From contig JAWLHY010000019.1 in NCBI GenBank assembly GCA_041690135.1, positions 43,639-107,638 of the forward strand: a stretch of DNA of 64,000 bases. The letters are read 5' to 3'. The translations under genes were made by a program, and so were the position numbers. Below the pieces are notes generated by a model. The model searched no databases and was not told where the DNA came from. It saw nothing but the letters and a program-made list of their open reading frames with translations. Position 1 is the first letter of the stretch, and the number at the start of each line of letters is the position of its first letter. The stretch comes from Armatimonadota bacterium (GTDB lineage Bacteria; Armatimonadota; SYMT01). Shown here piece after piece: positions 55,409-64,000 of the stretch.

Positions 55409-58336
55409 ATGAAGCGAATTGCCAGCCGAATCCATCCCCTGTTCCTTCCCCATCCGCGGCGGGTACGCCGAGCGAGCGCACTTGCGCTTACGCTGGCTGT
55501 AAGTGCCGGTTCCGCTCCAATAACGGCGGCGCCGGTGAAGAAAAAGGCCCCGGCGCGCACGCCCAGCAAGGCGTCATCCGCGCGAAAGATGGACAAAACC
55601 GGAGCGAAGATACCGGCCACATCACCGCCGGTATCCACGAAACCCCAGGCTGGTTCTGTGCCTTCACCTGCGACCTCACCCACGGTTGCGCCCAGCGCAC
55701 CCGCCGGCAGCGCCAAACCTGCGGCGCCGGGGATGCCCACTCCGGACGGCGCGCCGGTCCCCGTTCTACCCGCCTCCGTCCCACCCGGCCCTCCCCCCAC
55801 CCCGGCGGCCAAGTTGCCCCCTGGGATGATCAAGCTGGACTTCCGGGGAACGGAGGTCGACTCGGTGCTGCAGGCCTACGCCCTGGCTTACAAGTGGACG
55901 GTGGTCAAGGACCCGGGGCTTTCCGGCCCGGTCACGATCATCGAAACGACTCCGATGGATCAGAAGCGGGCCTTCCTCGTCCTGCAAGCCGTACTCGAAG
56001 TGCGGGGATTTGCGGCTATCCTGGATGGGTCGATCCTCAAGATCATGCCGATCAAGAAGGCCATTTCGAGTGCCAGAACGGTGCGGGTGCCCCAGCCCGA
56101 ACAGGAGCCACTCGAGCAGAACCAGGTACTCACGGAGGTCATCTCACTATCCAACGCGGAAGCGAGCGTATTGGCGAAGGACTTACAGCCTTTACTGACT
56201 GAAGGCGCCAGCCTGATCGGCGCTGCCGGCGCCAACGCCCTGATCGTTACGGATCATTCGGCCAACATCGACAAGCTGAAGACGGTAATCGGCGCCCTGG
56301 ACAAGGGGGCGGGCAACAATGAGATGGAGATCTTCCGCCTCAAGCACGTACCGGCGAAGCAGATGTCGGAGATCATCAACAACCTCTTCAAGCAGATTGC
56401 GCCCCGCACGCCCCCCGCACCGATGGGGCAGCCCGGCCAACCGATTCCCCCACCCCAGCCGGGACGTCCGGGCGCCCAGGGCGAGGCCCGGCCCGCCGTG
56501 GCGGCAGTGGACGACACCCGCACGAACTCCGTCATCGTAGTGGGATCTACGGACAACTTGAAGCGCGTAGCCGAGTTGGTCCACAAGCTGGATGAAGAGT
56601 TGAATCCGCACACCGAAACCAAGGTGTACGAGGTCAAGTATGCCGAAGCCCAACGCCTCGCCCAATTAGTGAACGATGCCTTGCTGAAGGACCCCTCCGC
56701 GCCTAGCCAGTCCCAGCAACCGAGCAGTCCCTTCGGCTTCTTCAATCCGTTCGAACGGCGCGCGCAGGGCACGCAGACCACCAGCTTCAGCGCCGGGCAG
56801 ACGCGTATTGTGGCGGATACACGCGCGAACAAACTGGTCATCACCGCCGATGAAGACGTGATGAAGGTGGTCGAAGACCTCCTGGCGCAGCTCGATATGC
56901 CGGTGGAGTACGAAACCACGACATTTGTGATCAAGCTCAGGAATCAGCATGCGGAAGACATGGCCTACGTCCTGGCCCAGGCATTCGGCACGCAGCAGCA
57001 GAGCTTCGGCGGCTTCGGCTTCTTCGGTGGGTTCTTCGGTAATAACAATCGCGGGAACGACTCGCGTCGCGACCGCCGGATCCCGCGCCGGTTGAACAAC
57101 GATCAAGATAACCGTTCCGATGCCGGCGGACCGGGCGGCCGGTTCGCCGGGATACCCGAGGGGGGATTCTCTCCGGCCGGCCCCGGCGGGACCCGAATCG
57201 CCGACGCCGGCGGACGCCCACCGCTTCCGGAGGGAGCGGAACAACTCGCCCAGTTCTTCTATGACTACTACGGCCGGGGGAACCGCGGCTCGGATGCAAC
57301 GACCGGTCGCACGAGCGACGGCAAGTACGTGAACCTGCTGCAACTCCGGGGCAACGTGCTGGTGAACGCCGAGCGGAATACGAACAGCCTCATCATCACC
57401 ACCACCCCCGAAAACGCCCAGGCGGTCCGGGAATTGGTGGAAGATCTCGACATCGAGACCAAGCAGGTATTGCTCGAGGCGATCGTGGCGGAAGTCACGC
57501 TGGATAAGGCGAACAAGTTCGGGATCGACTACCTGTTTGACAATCTGCGTGACAAGTTCGAAGGGGTGTTCCCCGTGCTGCCCGGAACCGGCCCCCTCGG
57601 CTCCGATCCGCTCACGTCCGGCCTGCGCGCCACCATCCTGCGCGGCGACTTCCGGGTTATCCTGACCGCTATCGGTCGGGATGAGCGAGTGAAAATCCTC
57701 TCCACTCCCAGTGTGTTCACTTCCAATAACCAGGAAGCGGAGATCGACGTGACCGATCGGATCCCCTACCTGGGCGGAACCACAGTCGGGTTCGGCGGCC
57801 AGACCCAGACCAGCACCACCTTCCAGGACGTGGGCCTCATCCTGAACGTGACCCCCCGCATCACCGCCGAAGGGATGGTGACCGTGGACGTGTATCAGGA
57901 AGACAGTAACCTGATTGAGTTCCGAAACATTGGCCAGAACACCATTGCCCCGGTGACGACCCAGCGCGTGACGGACACCTCCGTTACCTTGCGCGATGGG
58001 GATACCCTGGTGCTCAGTGGACTCCAGAAGGACGCCGAAACGCGGATTAAGAACAAGATCCCAGTGCTGGGTGACCTTCCGTTGATCGGCAACCTGTTCC
58101 GCAGCAACACCCGGCAGAACCGCCGCACGGAACTACTGGTGTTCCTGACTCCCCGCGTCGTACATACTGCGGATGAAGCGCGCGCCCTCACGCAGGAAGA
58201 GCTGGAGAAGCTGAAACAGCGCATCCCCGCCGCGAAGACCGTCATCCCCAATAACGGCGAACCGCGCGGTCCGGAATTGGAGCGGCTGGACCTGCCGAAG
58301 AAGGATGAAGGCGGAAGGATGAGGGATGAAAAGTGA
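55409..58336 (+). CDS. gspD: Type II secretion secretin
   Basis: N0 (LDFRGTEV), three N-domains, QVLLEAIVAEV, LSTPSVFTSNNQEA, DVGLILNVTPRI, KIPVLGDLPLIGNLFRS, TELLVFLTPRVV. Confidence 0.93.
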   Translation: MKRIASRIHPLFLPHPRRVRRASALALTLAVSAGSAPITAAPVKKKAPARTPSKASSARKMDKTGAKIPATSPPVSTKPQAGSVPSPATSPTVAPSAPAGSAKPAAPGMPTPDGAPVPVLPASVPPGPPPTPAAKLPPGMIKLDFRGTEVDSVLQAYALAYKWTVVKDPGLSGPVTIIETTPMDQKRAFLVLQAVLEVRGFAAILDGSILKIMPIKKAISSARTVRVPQPEQEPLEQNQVLTEVISLSNAEASVLAKDLQPLLTEGASLIGAAGANALIVTDHSANIDKLKTVIGALDKGAGNNEMEIFRLKHVPAKQMSEIINNLFKQIAPRTPPAPMGQPGQPIPPPQPGRPGAQGEARPAVAAVDDTRTNSVIVVGSTDNLKRVAELVHKLDEELNPHTETKVYEVKYAEAQRLAQLVNDALLKDPSAPSQSQQPSSPFGFFNPFERRAQGTQTTSFSAGQTRIVADTRANKLVITADEDVMKVVEDLLAQLDMPVEYETTTFVIKLRNQHAEDMAYVLAQAFGTQQQSFGGFGFFGGFFGNNNRGNDSRRDRRIPRRLNNDQDNRSDAGGPGGRFAGIPEGGFSPAGPGGTRIADAGGRPPLPEGAEQLAQFFYDYYGRGNRGSDATTGRTSDGKYVNLLQLRGNVLVNAERNTNSLIITTTPENAQAVRELVEDLDIETKQVLLEAIVAEVTLDKANKFGIDYLFDNLRDKFEGVFPVLPGTGPLGSDPLTSGLRATILRGDFRVILTAIGRDERVKILSTPSVFTSNNQEAEIDVTDRIPYLGGTTVGFGGQTQTSTTFQDVGLILNVTPRITAEGMVTVDVYQEDSNLIEFRNIGQNTIAPVTTQRVTDTSVTLRDGDTLVLSGLQKDAETRIKNKIPVLGDLPLIGNLFRSNTRQNRRTELLVFLTPRVVHTADEARALTQEELEKLKQRIPAAKTVIPNNGEPRGPELERLDLPKKDEGGRMRDEK
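58302..58329. repeat. Heptamer tandem repeat inside the gspD 3' end
   Basis: aggatga aggcgga aggatga gggatga, encoding KDEGGRMRDE. Confidence 0.75.
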
Positions 58337-58408
58337 CGAGACGGGTGCCGGAGCAGATATGAGAGCGAAAGTAAGGACCGTGGATGCTGAGTGTGAGGCG
58401 AGTCGGGA

Positions 58409-59398
58409 ATGAGTATGAGCGACCGGCGTGGCGTGGCCGTTTCAATCACGGCAAGGGAAACCGCGGAACTGGTGAGAGTTGAGCACGACTCCAGGCCGCT
58501 GGGGCCGCAAGAGGTGGTGGGGCGGACTCTGGCGACCTTGATCAGTGCCGGAACGGAGCTTGCGGGCGCCTACCAGGGCCCGACTTTCCCGAAGTTCCCC
58601 GGCTACGCGGCGGCCTTCGAGGTGGAGGAAGTGGGGTCCGAAGTCGAGGGGTTGCGACCGGGGGACCTGGCCTACTGCTCCGGGCCGCATCGCTCCTTCC
58701 AACGGGTGGAAGCACGCAACTGCCTGCGCGCCCCGGCCGGGCTCTCACCTGAGGAAGTGACCTTTTGCCGGCTGATGGGTGTTACGATGAGCACCCTCAC
58801 CACGACCCGCGCTCGGCCGCCGGACCGGGTGGTGGTCACCGGTCTGGGACTGGTGGGGCACCTGGGCGCAAGGGTGTTTGCGCACTGCGGTTACGAGGTC
58901 ACGGCGTGCGACCCCTCCCCCCGCCGCCGCGAGATTGCCACCCAGGCCGGGCTTTCCGACGTGCGCGCCACGGTGCCGGTGGAAGACCCGGAGTTCCAGG
59001 GTAAGGTGGCTCTGGTGCTGGAATGCTCCGGTCACGAGCAGGCGGCGCTGGACGGTTGCCGTGTAGTGCGAAAACGCGGAGAGGTGGCGCTGGTGGGATG
59101 CCCCTGGACGCGCAAGACGGACATCCCGGCGCAGGAGATCCTTTACGCCGTCTTCCATCGGTACGTGGACCTCCGCAGCGGCTGGGAATGGGAACTGCCC
59201 CTCCACCCCACGGAATTTCGGGCGGGCAGCATCTTCGGCCACTACGCCCTCGCGCTCCGCTGGATCGCCGAGGGCAGTATCCCGGTCACCAACCTCTACA
59301 CGCGCGTCTCTCCCCGGGACGCACAGCAGGCGTATCAGGACCTGCTGCACGGCCGGGTCGAGACGCTGGGCCTCGTGTTCGACTGGCGTACCTTATAG
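58409..59398 (+). CDS. MDR-superfamily (zinc-binding-type) dehydrogenase
   Basis: LISAGTE, PGY, VGSEV.GL.PGD, GLGLVG, LECSG. Confidence 0.82.
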   Translation: MSMSDRRGVAVSITARETAELVRVEHDSRPLGPQEVVGRTLATLISAGTELAGAYQGPTFPKFPGYAAAFEVEEVGSEVEGLRPGDLAYCSGPHRSFQRVEARNCLRAPAGLSPEEVTFCRLMGVTMSTLTTTRARPPDRVVVTGLGLVGHLGARVFAHCGYEVTACDPSPRRREIATQAGLSDVRATVPVEDPEFQGKVALVLECSGHEQAALDGCRVVRKRGEVALVGCPWTRKTDIPAQEILYAVFHRYVDLRSGWEWELPLHPTEFRAGSIFGHYALALRWIAEGSIPVTNLYTRVSPRDAQQAYQDLLHGRVETLGLVFDWRTL

Positions 59399-60352
59399 TT
59401 CGCCCAGGTAGTTGTAGATCTGGTCGATAGCCCCCGGAAGGTTCTCGTGCCCGAAGTCCGGATAAATGCGGAGGTGCTTTTCCGACCGGATCTTGTTGTA
59501 GGCGGCGAACTGAGTGGACGGCGGGCAAACCTGATCCATCAGTCCGACAAATAGCATCACCTCCGCCTGAATGCGGGGTGCCAGGTGCTGGCAGTCGATG
59601 TAACCCAGCCGGGTGAACGCCTCCTGCTCGCGCTCGTGGAGGGGGTCGAACAGCCGGAAGTACTGCTTGAGCTCCTCGTAGGCGTTGGTGGCCAGATCCA
59701 TCTCCCAGACTCGCCGGTAGTCGCAAAGGAAGGGGAAGATCGGGGCGGCCCGTTTGATCCGTGGCTCCAGGGCAGCACAGGCCAGGGTCAGCCCGCCGCC
59801 CTGTGAGGCGCCGGTCGCCCCCACCCGCTCCGCATCGACTTCCGGCATGTCCATGACGACTCGTGCCAGTTGCGCGGTATCGAGAAAGATCTGGCGGAAC
59901 AGGAGCTTTTCGGGCGCATCATCTAATCCCCGGATAATGTGCCCTCGCAGCGTATTGCCGCGGACCCCACCCATGTCTTCCGAGCGCCCGCCCTGGCCAC
60001 GGCAGTCCATGGCCACAACGGAGAAGCCGCGCGCTACCCAGTGGAGCTTGTCCGCCCAGTCGCCGCTGCTGCCGGAGTATCCGTGGAAGTGCAGCACCGC
60101 CGGGTGAGGCTCGTTAGAATGCCGGGGTCGGAGGTACTTGGCATGGACGCGAGCGCCGCCCACCCCGGTGAAGTAGAGGTTGAAGCATTCGGCGAAGGGG
60201 GCATTGAGGGAGTGCGGGACCAGCTCCACGGCCGGGTCCGTGGCCCGCATCTCGGCGAGGCCTGATTCCCAGAAGGCATCGAAGTCGGCGGGGCGAGGGT
60301 TTCGGCCGGAGTATTCCCGGAGTTCGGGAAGGGGCATGTCGATCAAGGGCAT
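59393..60352 (-). CDS. Acetyl xylan esterase / cephalosporin-C deacetylase (CE7)
   Basis: PADFDAFW, FHGY, DCRGQGG, GASQGG, GLMDQVCPPSTQFAAYN, YPDFGHE. Confidence 0.93.
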   Translation of the reverse strand: MPLIDMPLPELREYSGRNPRPADFDAFWESGLAEMRATDPAVELVPHSLNAPFAECFNLYFTGVGGARVHAKYLRPRHSNEPHPAVLHFHGYSGSSGDWADKLHWVARGFSVVAMDCRGQGGRSEDMGGVRGNTLRGHIIRGLDDAPEKLLFRQIFLDTAQLARVVMDMPEVDAERVGATGASQGGGLTLACAALEPRIKRAAPIFPFLCDYRRVWEMDLATNAYEELKQYFRLFDPLHEREQEAFTRLGYIDCQHLAPRIQAEVMLFVGLMDQVCPPSTQFAAYNKIRSEKHLRIYPDFGHENLPGAIDQIYNYLGEL

Positions 60353-60537
60353 AAGCGCTTTCCTTCCGTCCATCAATCAGCGTGGTCAAGTCTCCGGATA
60401 GATTGGGCACTCTCCTCGTGGAGCCCTCTCTGCCTCGCACCCGTGACAAGCCTAACCAACCGAGGTAGCATGAATGGAGAGAAGAACAGAGGAAAAGAAG
60501 GAGAGAAGTTCCTTGCCTATCGTGCTTCCACCGCACC

Positions 60538-62124
60538 TTGAAGCCATTGTCCAACTTTGCCATTGACTTCGGAGCCACCAATACCGTAGTCGCCAGCGAC
60601 CGGGACGGGAGCGTCGCTCCGGTCGCGGTTCGCAGCGTCATGGCCGACCGGACCGGCACTCCGGTCATCCCCTCCGCCGTCTACTTTCCCGAGGATGGAA
60701 GGTGGCCCCAGATCGGGCAGGCGGCAATCCATCAGAACCTCCTGGGGCTGGGACGCCGGCCCAACTTCGCGGAATGCTTCAAGCGCCACCTGGGACGCGA
60801 AAGCCAGCGGTCCGTCGCGCGAATCGATGGAGCGGATCGCACGGCGCGCCAGGCGGCAGAGGCCTTCTTTACGGGGCTGCGTATCGCACTCCGCGAAGAG
60901 CTACGCCCCCGGCGCAAAGGACTGCTCGGCTTCTGGGACGACTGGCAGGAGCGGCGCTCTCCCCTGCTCGCGGACCTGACGTTAACAGCGCCGGTCGATG
61001 CCGACGAGTTATACCGGCGCGAGTTGGCGGCCCTGGGACGACGCCTGGGCGCACGCACGTTACGCCTGGTGGATGAGCCGGTAGCGGCGGCGCTGGGCTA
61101 TGGTGTGAACGTTGGCCGTGAGTTGACGGTCCTGGTGCTGGACTGGGGCGGTGGAACCCTCGATGTTTCAGTGGTGCGAACCGGTCCCCGAGCTCTCACC
61201 GAGGGTCGCGCGGAGGTCCTCGCGAAAAGCGAAACTCCGGTCGGTGGTACGAATATCGACCGGTGGATCGTCGAACGGTTCCTGATCCCCGTCGAGCGCT
61301 ACGTTCAGGCGTGGGAGATGGATGCCGGGTGGGCGGCGGCGCAGGCCAAGGAGGCGGCCAGCATCTACGGCAGGGGTCAGTTCCAGTTCCGCGACCGGCC
61401 GGCCGCGGAACTCACCCGGGGAGACCTGATGGAGATCCTGGAGGCACGCGGGGCCTACGCCTCGCTGGAGCGCGCTCTCGGGGATTGCCTGGAGAGCCTC
61501 GCTCGCAAACACGGGATGAACGCCGGGGAGATCGACGAAGCGCTGTTGGTCGGCGGCTCCAGCCTGCTGCCGGGAGTGGATGAGAGGGTCCGCTCGGCCC
61601 TGTCCGGGTCTCGCGTGGGTGAATGGAATCCCTTCGCCGCCGTGGCAACCGGGGCCTGCGAACTCGCGCGGGGCGGGAGCGTCACCGACCAGATCTATCA
61701 CGACTACGCCCTGCGTCTCGCGGACGATGCGGGAAAGCGGGTCTATTACGAGTTGATCATCCCCGCGGGGACCCAGTATCCCACTCCACCAACGCTGGTG
61801 GAGCGTGCCTACCTTCCGGACCCGGGCAGACCAGAGGAGCTCCGCTTCGAAATCTGCGAGATCGCGCGCCTGGGGCGAATCCCCGTTCCCTGGCACGAGG
61901 AGCCTGGAGGGGAGTGCACCTGGAGACCGGATGCCCCGGCCGACCTCGCCCGCGCCCTGGTGATCAACGAAGGCCAGGAATGGCTCTCGCTGCCTCCCTC
62001 CCGCCGGAACCCGCGGCTGCTGCGCGTGAGCTATCGCATCGACACCGACCGCTGCCTGCGTTGGACCGTGCGGGACGGGGACCAACTGCTCCGCGCGGAT
62101 GAAGTGCTGGGAAGGCTGCGGTGA
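60538..62124 (+). CDS. Hsp70-family protein (non-DnaK)
   Basis: AIDFGATNT, IPSAVY, DEPVAAALGYG, LDWGGGTLDVS, LVGGSS.LP, AVATGA; divergent short C-terminal domain. Confidence 0.85.
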   Translation: MKPLSNFAIDFGATNTVVASDRDGSVAPVAVRSVMADRTGTPVIPSAVYFPEDGRWPQIGQAAIHQNLLGLGRRPNFAECFKRHLGRESQRSVARIDGADRTARQAAEAFFTGLRIALREELRPRRKGLLGFWDDWQERRSPLLADLTLTAPVDADELYRRELAALGRRLGARTLRLVDEPVAAALGYGVNVGRELTVLVLDWGGGTLDVSVVRTGPRALTEGRAEVLAKSETPVGGTNIDRWIVERFLIPVERYVQAWEMDAGWAAAQAKEAASIYGRGQFQFRDRPAAELTRGDLMEILEARGAYASLERALGDCLESLARKHGMNAGEIDEALLVGGSSLLPGVDERVRSALSGSRVGEWNPFAAVATGACELARGGSVTDQIYHDYALRLADDAGKRVYYELIIPAGTQYPTPPTLVERAYLPDPGRPEELRFEICEIARLGRIPVPWHEEPGGECTWRPDAPADLARALVINEGQEWLSLPPSRRNPRLLRVSYRIDTDRCLRWTVRDGDQLLRADEVLGRLR

Positions 62125-63257
62125 CGCCGATGCCGTATGACCCGGGCGATCCGAAATACGAGCGGGTGCGGCAGGTCGTACAACAGCACTCGCGGGAGCA
62201 CCTGATCCGTACTCTCCGGACCGACGACTTGCCCCTACTCCGCGAGCAGGCCGCCCTGGCATTGGGAGCTTTCACCGGGCGGGAAGTGGATGACGCGCTC
62301 TGCGAGGCCCTTACGGACCCGGACCCCCGCACCCGACATGCGGCCGCGGAAACCTTGCTCAACACCTGCCGGGAACGGGGCTTGCGTCGCCTGTCGCAGG
62401 TCGCGGAACACATAGACTGGTCCGTGCTCATCCGGCGCCTGGTCTCGCAGACGGACGCGGACCCAGCGGACCTTCGACCGGAAGAATGGCTGTGGCCGCG
62501 TTCACTATCTCTGGTTGGAGGCCCGGCACTCACGGCACTCTGCAGCGAGCTGGCGAGACCGCATCCGGAGACTCGGCGGATCGTCCAAACGGCTCTTACC
62601 TACATTGGTGAGCCGGCAATTGAGTTGGTCGAGCAGACCCTGAATGGTTCAATCTCTGAGGCACGCTACGCCGCGGCGCAGGTACTGGGGAGTATGGGAT
62701 CTCCACGAGCAATCCTGGCGCTTCGAAAATGCATTGAAGGGGTGGACCCGTACGCCGCGCTTTCCACTGAATTAACTGGGCTTGTCGCAGCCATGGCCTT
62801 GTCGGGTAGCGGGCCGGCGGCATACCCCACACTTGGGGATCTGCTTTCTAGCGGGAATATGAAGGTCCGTGATCTAACAGCGTCAGCTCTGTGCATCAGC
62901 CCCCATCCAGGCGGGGAAGAGACTCTCAAAGCACTAGGGGCAGTTGCACTTCCCGCCCTCTGCGAGAAGCTTTCCAGGGGTTCGGAGAAAGTGCGAGAGG
63001 GTGCTGCGCGCGGGTTGGGAATTCTGGGACTGCGAGAAGCACTCCCAATTCTGCGGGCGCGGCTTCCACGCCTGGGGGTTGGAGGCGAGCGCGACCGGAA
63101 TGTGCTCGCCGCTATCCGTGAAGCGATCCGCCGGATCGAGAGTGCCACGCAGGAAACCAGCGGGCGCCCGCGCGCCGTCCGAGATCTCCCCATCGATCCC
63201 GCGGGACGACCCCGGTCGGCGGGGGAAGGCTGCTCTCACCGCGAGAGTGAGGAGTGA
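62121..63257 (+). CDS. HEAT/PBS-lyase repeat protein
   Basis: Repeated R..AA.ALG / AL..L...L units; GTGA overlap with the Hsp70 gene. Confidence 0.8.
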   Translation: MTPMPYDPGDPKYERVRQVVQQHSREHLIRTLRTDDLPLLREQAALALGAFTGREVDDALCEALTDPDPRTRHAAAETLLNTCRERGLRRLSQVAEHIDWSVLIRRLVSQTDADPADLRPEEWLWPRSLSLVGGPALTALCSELARPHPETRRIVQTALTYIGEPAIELVEQTLNGSISEARYAAAQVLGSMGSPRAILALRKCIEGVDPYAALSTELTGLVAAMALSGSGPAAYPTLGDLLSSGNMKVRDLTASALCISPHPGGEETLKALGAVALPALCEKLSRGSEKVREGAARGLGILGLREALPILRARLPRLGVGGERDRNVLAAIREAIRRIESATQETSGRPRAVRDLPIDPAGRPRSAGEGCSHRESEE

Positions 63258-63554
63258 GCGGCGACCTTGCTTAAACGGCCGAATTGGCTGCTTGCGATGC
63301 GAGAATTCGACGCCTGCACGGGAACACCGTGTTAGCTCCTGTGGCTTGCGGGATTCCCGACGCCAGTCGGGTACTGGCGCCTCTTGCGCCGGGTTCCCGA
63401 CTCGGTGTAGCGGTGCCGCACTGAGGTTGTATGCCTCACGACCCGGCGGTAGGTCGCCGGTAGCAGGTGAAAGTGTGGCGTGTTGCCGGTGTTCGGTGCC
63501 GGTCACTTTTTTCCATTGCCTGACCCGGCGTAGCCGGAACCAAGGGGAAAACGG

Positions 63555-63753
63555 CGTCATTGCGAAGGAGCCTTAGCGACTGCGGCAATCCCCCTGTTAT
63601 CCGCGCCGCGGCCTTCACCGCCGCTCGCCCGTATTGCAGTATATTCTGCGAAACCCCCGGGGCAAGAGGGCGACCAAGGGGGGCGAGATCCGCTGCGATC
63701 ACCAGGCTGATTGCCACAGTTCACCCGGCGCAGCATAGGGCCCCGCAATGACG
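63555..63753. repeat. 199-bp palindromic, MITE-like element
   Basis: Termini cgtcattgcg / cgcaatgacg; inner pair ggcaatc (63584-90) / gattgcc (63709-15). Confidence 0.65.
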
Positions 63754-64000
63754 TGTACAAAGGGGTCTGGGGAAGTTATTGAGCAGGTACGGTTTCCCAG
63801 CGGGGGCCACGCAAGCGCCGTCACTCCGGCAAGCTTCGCCGAACTGCGTGGAAAAACCGGCTCGTGCCGAATGGGCAAAACTGTTCAGATACTTGCCCCA
63901 TCCCCTTAGTGGTGCATCCGGCAAGTGGAGGTCAGTTTTCCGTAGGTGGCATCGCAGTCACCACGCAAGCTACCGGGCCAATGACGTGCCCTCGGTGGCC

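Noticed and set aside
54604-56202. 532-aa alternative-frame ORF over the gspC-like gene and gspD
   Set aside because: Arg/Gly/Pro-rich off-frame translation overlapping genes with clear motifs.

Overview
GC-rich bacterial chromosomal window. A diderm, tentatively Armatimonadota, is inferred from the DUF1559/H-X9-DG prepilin paralogues, the secretin and the gene styles; this is not proven. Housekeeping genes: partial ftsH, hemB, a hemD-hemE fusion, an acyl-CoA dehydrogenase, a rhamnulokinase, tilS, hppA, hom, purC, an apgM-like gene and acyP. Accessory regions: (i) a lower-GC islet with an IS5 stub and an ISKra4-like IS; (ii) two tandem prepilin-like genes; (iii) a tightly coupled 11-gene phosphonate/phosphonolipid operon (29474-40847, minus) with a non-canonical PEP mutase, both the AEP and HEP branches, a kinase, an IMPase and a terpene-cyclase-like barrel; (iv) a GxxExxY nuclease-like cassette bracketed by 32-bp inverted repeats and fused in frame to the IMPase, plus many 'empty' short-repeat arrays at gene junctions; (v) two probable selenoproteins that the ORF track splits at an in-frame UGA followed by a SECIS-like hairpin; (vi) an 11-gene type II secretion operon. 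No rRNA, tRNA or CRISPR array was recognised. All calls come from reading motifs by eye; no database searches were run.
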